A stretch of 64,000 nucleotides of DNA, taken from IMG/VR virus record IMGVR_UViG_3300010368_000009, positions 37,447 to 101,446 of that record. One strand, 5' to 3'. The notes under the pieces were generated by a model. That model did no database searches. It was not told the DNA's origin and saw only the letters and a program-made list of their open reading frames with translations. The DNA is from a virus. Position 1 is the stretch's first letter; each line of letters starts with the position of its first letter. This document shows positions 1 to 7,295 of this stretch, in pieces. Both the position numbers and the translations under genes were made by a program.

Positions 1-71
1 GATATTTTGGTAATTGGCGATGCTGGTATCTTATATCCCATTAAAGATGATATAAATTCATAAATAAACCC

Positions 72-458
72 ATGAATGTTCAATCTTTACAATACCGATT
101 TCTTAAAGTCGATGAATTCAAAAAGCGCGATTTACCATTGCCTCGATTTTATGATGGTGTTCATGATCATCATAATAATGAAACCTTTGGTGAATTTATT
201 TGTATTACCCCTGACTTTGATTGGGATCATAAGGTTTCAAAAGAGATATATGGTGTCATCACTTATGGAATATATAATAATGAAGAAACCATTATTAAGA
301 TGATAGAAACCAATGAGATATATCGTGGTCTTGGTATTGCTGCTGAGATGGTCAGTCAGCTTTCATTGAGACATAAGACTAAAATTGTAATGAGTCACAC
401 GACTGAAGATGGTGCCAAGTTGGTAGATTTTCTGAATGCAAATGGTTTTGAATTATAA
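72..458 (+). CDS. GNAT-family acetyltransferase-like protein
   Basis: Acetyl-CoA-binding motif A (IETNEIYRGLGIAAEMV); ATAAATA late-type box just upstream. Confidence 0.55.
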   Translation: MNVQSLQYRFLKVDEFKKRDLPLPRFYDGVHDHHNNETFGEFICITPDFDWDHKVSKEIYGVITYGIYNNEETIIKMIETNEIYRGLGIAAEMVSQLSLRHKTKIVMSHTTEDGAKLVDFLNANGFEL

Positions 459-488
459 TTGACAAGCTTCAATTATTAATCTATAAGT
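459..488 (+). promoter_or_regulatory. sigma70-type promoter for tRNA-Ser
   Basis: TTGACA-N17-TATAAGT directly upstream of the tRNA. Confidence 0.7.
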
Positions 489-496
489 ACAGTATT

Positions 497-588
497 GGAT
501 GGGTGACCGAGAGGCTTAAGGTGCTCGCCTGCTAAGTGAGTGAGCGATGAAAATTGTTCCGAGGGTTCGAATCCCTCCCCATCCGCCA
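497..588 (+). tRNA. tRNA-Ser(GCT)
   Basis: Cloverleaf with CTCGC-CT GCT AA-GTGAG anticodon arm, long variable arm, GGTTCGAATCC T-arm, G73 and CCA. Confidence 0.95.
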
Positions 589-607
589 AGCTTCACGAGT
601 TCCCTTC

Positions 608-793
608 ATGAAAAAACCACAAAAAGATGAGCCGGGTAGATATAAAGTCTATTCGTGTCCTTGTTGTGAAACATGTCGCTTTGATTTGAAATTCAATAGA
701 TGTGTTCAAGGTGGTCCATACAAAGGTTATGTCAATGTCGGAGAAACCAGTGATCATTTGGTGGAAACCGGGGATGCGGTCATCAACGATTGA
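608..793 (+). CDS. small Cys-rich hypothetical protein
   Basis: ORF from the ATG after the tRNA (MKKPQ...CPCCETC); the longer start overlaps the tRNA. Confidence 0.45.
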   Translation: MKKPQKDEPGRYKVYSCPCCETCRFDLKFNRCVQGGPYKGYVNVGETSDHLVETGDAVIND

Positions 794-1058
794 TAATAAG
801 GTAAAACACAGTCGTATATTTGATCGACCAATTCATCTTTATATTCATATTGATGTCCATGCTGGTATAAGTCAGAGTCGTATATTTGATATTATCCCTA
901 GTCGGTGTGGGTATACGTGTGACGTGATTTTAATATATCATGGTGGGTTCGACCTCGTATTAAAAAACCGCTATTCTCCCCCTGAAGGATTACAGATTTT
1001 CAAACGATCAATGGTTCGTGGTAATTTTATAAAGCTTCCTACCAGTTTCAAGATAAAA

Positions 1059-1089
1059 TAAAACCCGCTGGATTGCTCCAACGGGTTTT
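1059..1089. terminator. intrinsic terminator between convergent genes
   Basis: AAAACCCG..TGGA/TCCA..CGGGTTTT hairpin with A/T tracts on both sides. Confidence 0.6.
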
Positions 1090-1110
1090 ATCTTTGTGGT
1101 GGTTCAGTAG

Positions 1111-2742
1111 TTACCGAACGAATTCAGCCATTACCGATGGTGCGTTAGCATCAAATCCAACGATGTCGAGCATGCCCGGATCGTCTGGGTTAGCAATAGT
1201 GAACTCCGTTGCAGTCATACCAACAACAACCAGCTTTGCGTTGATGCCGGTCTTCTTGCGATAGTCACGAAGTGCTTCATGTGGATGAATGCCACCAGCC
1301 CATGTTTCATTATCCGTGTAGATAACAAAGACATCAACTTCAATACCATTATCCATTGCATAAAGCATTGGTGCTGCGCAATCGGTTCCACCGAATGGAA
1401 GACCACTGACCTTGCTAATCACGCCACTAAGCGTTGACGCCCGGCCAAAGTTTAGTGGCGTGACACCACGATCACCTACCGAAGACGATCCACGACCCCA
1501 ACCACCACGTGAAGGACTCGTGAAAGAAACAGTATGAGTAACCGGTTCTGTCTTCATTGTGATGAGAGCCATTGCAGCTGAAGCATCACGTGCAGTCAGA
1601 TTGGTATTCATAATGTTTTCCCAACCCATTGAGCCGGAAACATCAAGTGCAAGCAGATGACGCTTTCCAGTAGGAACAACATTCTTGAAGGCCAACATAA
1701 ATGCTTCTTCAAGAGCGGACGTAATGTTTCCATTAACATTCCATGTGTTATTACCACGGAAACCCTTACCACTTTCGTAAGTCTTCAGAGCAAGAAGCAC
1801 CGCCATTGGGTGGATACGTGACTTATGGATCAAATTTTGGTCCGTAAGACGACGCACTGCTTCTTGTTCAAACTCGGACATTGGCTTGAATAGATTGATC
1901 TTATCCGAAGACATATTTCCGAGATTACGGATCATAGCGGTCATTGGCATCTTATCAAAAAGAGCTTCCCAAACCTTTGGTTCGTTCAACATTTCCGTTG
2001 GAAGTGCTTCACGAGGCAGGTTAGCGTTCTTGATCAGATCAATCGTTTCCTTCACTGTTGCTGTCTTCACCATTTCGTATGCAGTGATGATAGCAGGCAG
2101 GTTAGCGGCATCTACTGGACGCCCGGACAGCCAACGGAAGAGCGAGTTACGCTCTGTGTCGTCTGTCTTAGGGTGTGCCAGACGAAGCAGGTCAAGGTGT
2201 GTCCAACCTTCGCGTTGACGATACTTCGTTGTCTGATAGGCAAGATCATCAACCGTTTGGTTGATATACCAATTACCGACAGCACGACGAAGCGCTGGAC
2301 CCCAACCACGGAACTGTTCTATGAATTCCGCGAACTGGAACAGGTGTGTACCGATACGAGCAACACGAGGCAGAGCCGCAAGAGCGTATGCAGCAACCTT
2401 TGGGTTAGCTGGATCACAAGCCATTGCGAGTGCAAACAGAGCTGCATCGTTACGATATGCACGACCGTTAACAGAAACGTCAACAATAAGATCGACTGCA
2501 CGGAAACCATTTTCAGCGATTGCCGTCTTCATGGAGTCTGCATTGCTAAGCGTGAGTTCACGAGCGGATGCATAATATGATGGTGCATCCGATCCAAGAA
2601 TCAGGAATCGTTCAAGACGACCGAAGCTATCCAGCGTGAACGAATATCCGCCCGCGTTGTTTTCCGCCTGCTTAGGGGAAGCTGCTTCTGTTTGTGGGGT
2701 TTGTCGGTTACGAGTTCCGACATTCTTATATGCAGTTGCCAT
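1111..2742 (-). CDS. rsr: Ro60/TROVE-domain RNA-binding protein (Rsr ortholog) with C-terminal vWA domain
   Basis: Motifs NNAGGYSF, RLERFLILGS, KYRQREGWTHLDLLRLAHPK, MPMTAMIRNLG, RIHP, vWA DVSGSM, GGTDC, YTDNETW. Start placed at MATAYK, which has an AGAAGG RBS; the longer TTG start runs into the RNA array. Confidence 0.97.
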   Translation of the reverse strand: MATAYKNVGTRNRQTPQTEAASPKQAENNAGGYSFTLDSFGRLERFLILGSDAPSYYASARELTLSNADSMKTAIAENGFRAVDLIVDVSVNGRAYRNDAALFALAMACDPANPKVAAYALAALPRVARIGTHLFQFAEFIEQFRGWGPALRRAVGNWYINQTVDDLAYQTTKYRQREGWTHLDLLRLAHPKTDDTERNSLFRWLSGRPVDAANLPAIITAYEMVKTATVKETIDLIKNANLPREALPTEMLNEPKVWEALFDKMPMTAMIRNLGNMSSDKINLFKPMSEFEQEAVRRLTDQNLIHKSRIHPMAVLLALKTYESGKGFRGNNTWNVNGNITSALEEAFMLAFKNVVPTGKRHLLALDVSGSMGWENIMNTNLTARDASAAMALITMKTEPVTHTVSFTSPSRGGWGRGSSSVGDRGVTPLNFGRASTLSGVISKVSGLPFGGTDCAAPMLYAMDNGIEVDVFVIYTDNETWAGGIHPHEALRDYRKKTGINAKLVVVGMTATEFTIANPDDPGMLDIVGFDANAPSVMAEFVR

Positions 2743-2806
2743 AATATTATTTCCTTCTCTCTTATACTTTCTCTTTAATAAGACAATATAAGACGAAGCG
2801 GATATC

Positions 2807-2889
2807 TTAACGAGCAAATGAGTTGCAGTGGATATGGTTTGTCAAAGTATGAGTCTGATTATGATAATCCATTACATCCGGCACGTTAA
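2807..2889 (-). ncRNA. Y RNA-like unit 1 (minimal, 83 nt)
   Basis: RNA 5'-UUAACGUGC[C]GGAUG...GGAUUAUC...CAUUUGCUCGUUAA; bulged-C helix; adjacent to Ro60. Confidence 0.8.
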
Positions 2890-2907
2890 TATTACTATAT
2901 TACTAAT

Positions 2908-3053
2908 ATGGCTTTGTGAGCAAATGTATAGAAAATAGGGTTTAAGCGCTCTACCGCTGAGCTACCAAGCCGCGAACGACCTGAGTTGGATTCGAACCAA
3001 CGACCTCTCCATTACAAGTGGATAACCTATTTTCATCCGGCTCACAAAGCCAT
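2908..3053 (-). ncRNA. Y RNA-like unit 2 (YrlA-type) with circularly permuted tRNA-Thr(UGU) domain
   Basis: Ro stem GAGC[C]GGAUG/CAUUUGCUC, then anticodon arm UCCA-CUUGUAA-UGGA, T-arm GUUGG-UUCGAAU-CCAAC, loop-closed acceptor stem and D-arm GCUC-AGCGGUA-GAGC. Confidence 0.88.
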
Positions 3054-3058
3054 TTTAG

Positions 3059-3205
3059 TAAGACGAGTAAATGAAATGACAAAGGGATAATATACAGTTG
3101 CGTCTACCAATTCCGCCACTCCCCGTTAGATTGGTCGGGGAGACAGGACTTGAACCTGTAATACTCACTGTTCCTTAGATAACCCTAAATCTCCGACACG
3201 TCTTA
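3059..3205 (-). ncRNA. Y RNA-like unit 3 (YrlA-type) with permuted Leu-like tRNA domain
   Basis: Ro stem GUGU[C]GGA/UUUACUC; T-arm ACAGG-UUCAAGU-CCUGU; acceptor CUCCCCG-ACCAAUCUAA-CGGGGAG; D-arm GCGGAAUUGGUAGACGC. Confidence 0.85.
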
Positions 3206-3236
3206 AATCATTTCCTTCTTTGTTCAGTCGTTAGTA

Positions 3237-3305
3237 GTTACGAGCAAATTGTTGAAAATGGGGGTTCATCAACAAAAGATAACCCACTCTCATCCGGCAC
3301 GTAAC
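3237..3305 (-). ncRNA. Y RNA-like unit 4 (minimal, 69 nt)
   Basis: GUUACGUGC[C]GGAUGAGAGUGGGUUAUC...CCCAUUUUCAACAAUUUGCUCGUAAC. Confidence 0.82.
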
Positions 3306-3314
3306 CGCTTTAGT

Positions 3315-3382
3315 ACTGCGAGCAAATTGTTTGAAATGGGGGTTCATCGTTGCAAGATAACCCACTTCATCCGGCCCGCAGT
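3315..3382 (-). ncRNA. Y RNA-like unit 5 (minimal, 68 nt)
   Basis: ACUGCGGGC[C]GGAUGAAGUGGGUUAUC...CCCAUUUCAAACAAUUUGCUCGCAGU; near-paralog of unit 4. Confidence 0.82.
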
Positions 3383-3400
3383 CTTATTGCGATGTGGATA

Positions 3401-3429
3401 TACTTAAGGGTAATAATTCGGGGTGTCAA
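3401..3429 (-). promoter_or_regulatory. putative sigma70 promoter of the Y RNA/Ro60 operon
   Basis: Minus strand TTGACA-N17-TAAGTA about 20 nt upstream of unit 5. Confidence 0.55.
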
Positions 3430-3502
3430 ACGGTTTTATGATTTTTCTGCATTTTTCTCTTTTTTGTTGCACATGGAGTGAAACGTGCTATAAGTATTAT
3501 CT

Positions 3503-3579
3503 TGCGGGTTAGAGAAGTTGGTCATCTCGTTAGACTCATAATCTGAAAACCGGTGGTTCGAGTCCACCACCCGCTCCCA
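3503..3579 (+). tRNA. tRNA-Met(CAT), initiator-like
   Basis: TTAGA-CT CAT AA-TCTGA anticodon arm, T-arm GGTGG-TTCGAGT-CCACC, CCA; U1:U72 mismatch and A11-U24 pair. Confidence 0.88.
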
Positions 3580-3598
3580 GTTTTACGTAGGAATAATT

Positions 3599-3763
3599 AT
3601 GAACAGAAAAGTAGAATTATTCCCAACGATTCATATCACCGAAGAAACTGTAGCTGACTTGAAAGAAATATATGATTTCGATGTCACGGCACCCATTGTT
3701 ATTCCATGGGGTGATGGAGACACGATTACTATAACACTGAAAGTTGTCACTGAGAATACTTGA
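3599..3763 (+). CDS. small hypothetical protein (54 aa, not in ORF track)
   Basis: AGGA RBS; MNRKVELFPTIHITEE...VVTENT*. Confidence 0.5.
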   Translation: MNRKVELFPTIHITEETVADLKEIYDFDVTAPIVIPWGDGDTITITLKVVTENT

Positions 3764-3815
3764 CATATAGTTGTAGACCTATTAGAGTGATAGCATAATC
3801 ACTTAGGGAACTACT

Positions 3816-4079
3816 ATGTCTAGCAATCCTTTTGAATTTGTGAAGTTTTCAACCAATTATATGGTGCCCCTGACAAATGAACAACGGCGGGTGCTGTTCC
3901 AACGGGGTGATCGGTTTCATAATAACAACTCGCCAGATGCAGACATTATGGCCATCGAGGGCGTCGAAGAGTTCCGTCTTCAGTGTTTGGTCTATGTTGT
4001 GGAAATCAATGTCAATCATGATACACCCGAAACACATTTGGCCGTTTCTAACATGATACGCAAACATCTGGCCGCTTGA
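3816..4079 (+). CDS. hypothetical protein
   Basis: ORF with AGGGAA RBS and a TTGACA box upstream. Confidence 0.6.
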   Translation: MSSNPFEFVKFSTNYMVPLTNEQRRVLFQRGDRFHNNNSPDADIMAIEGVEEFRLQCLVYVVEINVNHDTPETHLAVSNMIRKHLAA

Positions 4080-4204
4080 TAAATACCTTCATGATATATG
4101 TAATAATTATTGGTTGTATTGTTGCCGTGATTGTGTTACCACTAGCACATTATGTGGTGTTCGGTAAAAATCCACTGGACAAATTTATATAAAGAACCAG
4201 TACG

Positions 4205-4951
4205 ATGAAAATTGTTTCGAAATTCCAAGACTACTATGATTGTGGTCTGGCATACGGTGTTGACGAAAATATCGTTTATACTCGTACCGAACATGTTGAA
4301 CGTATCAAGATGGTGAATGGTTCGAACACACGCGAGGTCCGGCTTCGTGATAATCGCCCAACTCGCTATGGTATTAATAGTCCCAGCTGGTATCGATTAC
4401 AACCGAATTATCTTCACTTCTGTGGTATGGTGTATCCATTCTATCGTCTTTTCAAATCTGAAAAGATCGGTCGTGACCGTAAGACTGGCGAGGATGTGAT
4501 ACGAGAGTGGACTGAATATTATTGGGATAATGAATCAGTATCGAAGGAATATTCAGTTAGCCGTGAAAAAAGTCGGCATGCATACAATCCCGGTGAGCCA
4601 TTCGATATGGCCAATGAATGGAATGTAATTATCGATGATGAATTGAATCAACGATATCAGTCACCCATTGTTGTTGAAGTTTTTGGTACAATCGAACAAC
4701 GCCAAGCTTTTAGACCAATATATCATGATGTTAGTGAAGTTAATCATATCATCAACCCGTGTCTGAAAGATTATGGGTTCGGTAATCTAATCGATCCATA
4801 TACCGCCTTCCAAGAAATCAGTATGTATCTTGGTATGTTGCAGAACCCGGAAGATAAAGACTTGGACCCGACTGCAACCGATGTCGAAAAAATCAACCAA
4901 CATGGAATGGACCCAGTTTATGGCTTCAGAAAACCACCAGTTTCAAAATGA
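4205..4951 (+). CDS. phage hypothetical protein
   Basis: 248-aa ORF (MKIVSKFQDYYD...DPYTAFQEISMYLG) with codon usage typical of this genome. Confidence 0.75.
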   Translation: MKIVSKFQDYYDCGLAYGVDENIVYTRTEHVERIKMVNGSNTREVRLRDNRPTRYGINSPSWYRLQPNYLHFCGMVYPFYRLFKSEKIGRDRKTGEDVIREWTEYYWDNESVSKEYSVSREKSRHAYNPGEPFDMANEWNVIIDDELNQRYQSPIVVEVFGTIEQRQAFRPIYHDVSEVNHIINPCLKDYGFGNLIDPYTAFQEISMYLGMLQNPEDKDLDPTATDVEKINQHGMDPVYGFRKPPVSK

Positions 4952-5162
4952 TATTGGCACAGCCACTGAAGAATTTCGATCTATGGTCGAAAAGTGGTAT
5001 CGAGATATTATCATTCCTGCTGTAGCAGCAGATCAACCGAGAAATAATTGTCGGATCGTGGTCATGTTGATTCGCGATGATGAGAAAGATGCCGAACGAG
5101 GCGTTATTATGGATCGTATTAAAATCATGGAAAATATGGAAATAGGAGCTGGACATGAATAA
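4830..5162 (+). CDS. hypothetical protein (start uncertain, probably downstream)
   Basis: Fills the gap between neighbours; its stop overlaps the next start. Confidence 0.45.
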   Translation: MVCCRTRKIKTWTRLQPMSKKSTNMEWTQFMASENHQFQNDIGTATEEFRSMVEKWYRDIIIPAVAADQPRNNCRIVVMLIRDDEKDAERGVIMDRIKIMENMEIGAGHE

Positions 5163-5355
5163 ATCGGATTATAATAAAACTGTCGTGTATAGTGTGGCGA
5201 TTATCGGTGTCATTATTGTTCTATCGGGTTTTACTGTGTCCGATATAATGCGAAATAAAGCTATGAGTGAAGTGGGAATTGCCGGTATGGAATTACAACA
5301 GGCGTGTGTGGAACATGATATTCCGCTGGCCGAATGTCGAGTGCGTATCAGATAA
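5155..5355 (+). CDS. small membrane protein
   Basis: AGGAG RBS; hydrophobic segment VVYSVAIIGVIIVLSGF. Confidence 0.6.
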   Translation: MNKSDYNKTVVYSVAIIGVIIVLSGFTVSDIMRNKAMSEVGIAGMELQQACVEHDIPLAECRVRIR

Positions 5356-5438
5356 CGTTGATTCGTTCCCGGTGTGCCATCCATAGTGTTCCCAAAACGT
5401 TGTATCCAACCCAACCAGTAGCCGGTTGGGATGGATAA

Positions 5439-5855
5439 TCAGTCAACATCGATTTGTTCCATTGCGTCAAAGATTTTATCTGTCCAGTATATATCATATT
5501 TCTTTAACGTTTTCAATAGATGAAAACATTTTGCTGCTAATAACTCTCGGTCTTTTAAATTATATGCTCTATAACAAGCACATGAAGCTGCAATGATTCT
5601 GGAAGTATAAAGATACGCATTACCATCGAAATTCCAATTGGTAAGACATTTCTTTAAGACGGTGAACTTATCATCATTGGTTTCGGCAAAATCAGTTTCA
5701 CACGCGATTCGTAATCCACAATCCAATATAACGCTGCATAGAAATTCAATTCGATACATTGGTGCACCGAGAATCACCCGTTTGATTTCTGTCTGCGGAT
5801 CAAACATCTCCTTCAGATCATTATCTAATTCATCGGTATCCAAAAAATCTTCCAT
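5439..5855 (-). CDS. hypothetical protein
   Basis: 138-aa ORF with a TATAAAT box upstream on the minus strand. Confidence 0.6.
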   Translation of the reverse strand: MEDFLDTDELDNDLKEMFDPQTEIKRVILGAPMYRIEFLCSVILDCGLRIACETDFAETNDDKFTVLKKCLTNWNFDGNAYLYTSRIIAASCACYRAYNLKDRELLAAKCFHLLKTLKKYDIYWTDKIFDAMEQIDVD

Positions 5856-5882
5856 GATTAATTTATAGCTGCAAAATTATAA

Positions 5883-5912
5883 TTGACAAGGAAAATCATT
5901 CTGCCTATAAGT
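5883..5912 (+). promoter_or_regulatory. sigma70-type promoter of the NAD salvage operon
   Basis: TTGACA-N17-TATAAGT. Confidence 0.7.
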
Positions 5913-5955
5913 AATATTAACGAGACACTGCTGAAGGCGTCTTGGCTATAATAAC

Positions 5956-7119
5956 ATGGAGTGTGTTATGTCCAAACTAACAGGGGTTGATCCCCGTGCC
6001 GTATATAATGACGGAAAAATCCTAACCGATTCTCTCGGGCCGGATCAAAAGCATGACCTGTTGGTATTCATTGGCCGTTTTCAGCCATTGCATTATGGAC
6101 ACATGCGAGTAATCGATATTGCTCTTACTCGCGCCAAGCAAACATTGATCTTGGTAGGTTCGGCAAATGTCGGACGAACTCTTTACAACACCTTTACATA
6201 TCAAGAACGCTACGCGATGATTGCTTCCCAATATCAGGAAGCGATTGATGATGGCCGTCTTGTGCTTCGTCCACTGGATGATCACACCTACGCTGATGCC
6301 GATTGGCTCGAACAGGTTCAAGATATCGTTGAACACGATGTTCTCAAGAATAAAACTGCAAAGACTATCAGTCTGATTGGTTGTGAGAAAGATCACACCA
6401 GTTATTACCTTGGTCTGTTTCCGCAGTGGGGCAACATTGGTGTTGAATTCAAGGTGCCGTTGAACAGTACTGATGTTCGCAAAGCTGTATTCCTTCAAAA
6501 GAATAGTTATAATCCCGGTCCCGGTTCTGGTCGCATCATTAATGAAGAATACGAGTTTATTCATAAAGCGTGTCCTCCTGAAATCGCACGGTTGCTGTAT
6601 GCCTTTACGATGCGATCTGAGTATGAAGACATCAAAGAAGAATGGGGTTTTATCAACACGTATCGTAACAACCGCCAAAAAGGTAATGAATATCCCGTCA
6701 TCGATCATACGGTTGATGCATGTGTTGTTCAGTCGGGTCACGTGTTGGTTGTTCAACGTCGCTGGCGTCCGGGTAAAGGACTGTTTGCTCTTCCGGGTGG
6801 CTTCCTTAATGAATTTGAACCGGTTGATCATGCCATCCTTCGGGAACTTCGTGAAGAAACTCAAATTGATGTGAGTGATACGGTTCTTCGTGCCGGTTTT
6901 GTGAAACGTGAACAGTTCAGTGATCCACGCCGGTCTGATCGTGGCCGCATCATTACTGAGTGTGGTTTGTTCAAACTTCAAGATCGCGCCAAGCTTCCAA
7001 CGGTTAAGGGTGCCGATGATGCCGCCTGTGCATTCTGGTTGCCATTGAATAAAGTTGATCCAAGTGCATTTTTTGAAGACCATGCATTCATCATTCGCAA
7101 ACTGACAAAAGATTTGTGA
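5956..7119 (+). CDS. nadM: bifunctional NMN adenylyltransferase / Nudix ADP-ribose pyrophosphatase (NadM-Nudix, NatV-like)
   Basis: FIGRFQPLHYGH (HxGH), NSTDVR, Nudix box GGFLNEFEPVDHAILRELREET, FEDH. Confidence 0.93.
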   Translation: MECVMSKLTGVDPRAVYNDGKILTDSLGPDQKHDLLVFIGRFQPLHYGHMRVIDIALTRAKQTLILVGSANVGRTLYNTFTYQERYAMIASQYQEAIDDGRLVLRPLDDHTYADADWLEQVQDIVEHDVLKNKTAKTISLIGCEKDHTSYYLGLFPQWGNIGVEFKVPLNSTDVRKAVFLQKNSYNPGPGSGRIINEEYEFIHKACPPEIARLLYAFTMRSEYEDIKEEWGFINTYRNNRQKGNEYPVIDHTVDACVVQSGHVLVVQRRWRPGKGLFALPGGFLNEFEPVDHAILRELREETQIDVSDTVLRAGFVKREQFSDPRRSDRGRIITECGLFKLQDRAKLPTVKGADDAACAFWLPLNKVDPSAFFEDHAFIIRKLTKDL

Positions 7120-7129
7120 GGAGAACACT

Positions 7130-7291
7130 ATGGAAGATGACACCTATCAAATCATTCAAAAACTGAAAGATATGGTTGATGAAATCGATCTATATGAAAT
7201 TGAAATCGCCGCTGCTCGCGAGCGTATCACACAGAACCGGCTGGTAATCAAAGCATTGAAGGCCGAAACCGAAAAAGAAAAAGGAAATTAA
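7130..7291 (+). CDS. small coiled-coil protein (53 aa, not in ORF track)
   Basis: GAGGAG RBS; MEDDTYQIIQKLKDMVDEIDLYEIEIAAARERI... Confidence 0.6.
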   Translation: MEDDTYQIIQKLKDMVDEIDLYEIEIAAARERITQNRLVIKALKAETEKEKGN

Positions 7292-7295
7292 TATC

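Noticed and set aside
702-1061. 119-aa ORF with a short internal AGTCGTATATTTGAT duplication
   Set aside because: No recognisable motif or RBS and it overlaps the preceding ORF; may be real from the ATG at 775-777 region but cannot be supported
2743-2817. N-terminal extension of Ro60 in the ORF track
   Set aside because: The TTG start lies inside Y RNA unit 1; a good RBS precedes the ATG at 2742
2940-3170. Ordinary minus-strand tRNA genes
   Set aside because: The T-arm precedes the D-arm and the acceptor stems are loop-closed, so these are permuted domains inside Y RNAs
2807-3382. Repeated GAGCAAAT...GATAACCC...CATCCGGC motifs as a CRISPR array
   Set aside because: The repeats are the two arms of self-pairing units of variable length, there are no constant repeats with unique spacers, and no cas genes are present. 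Y RNAs explain them better
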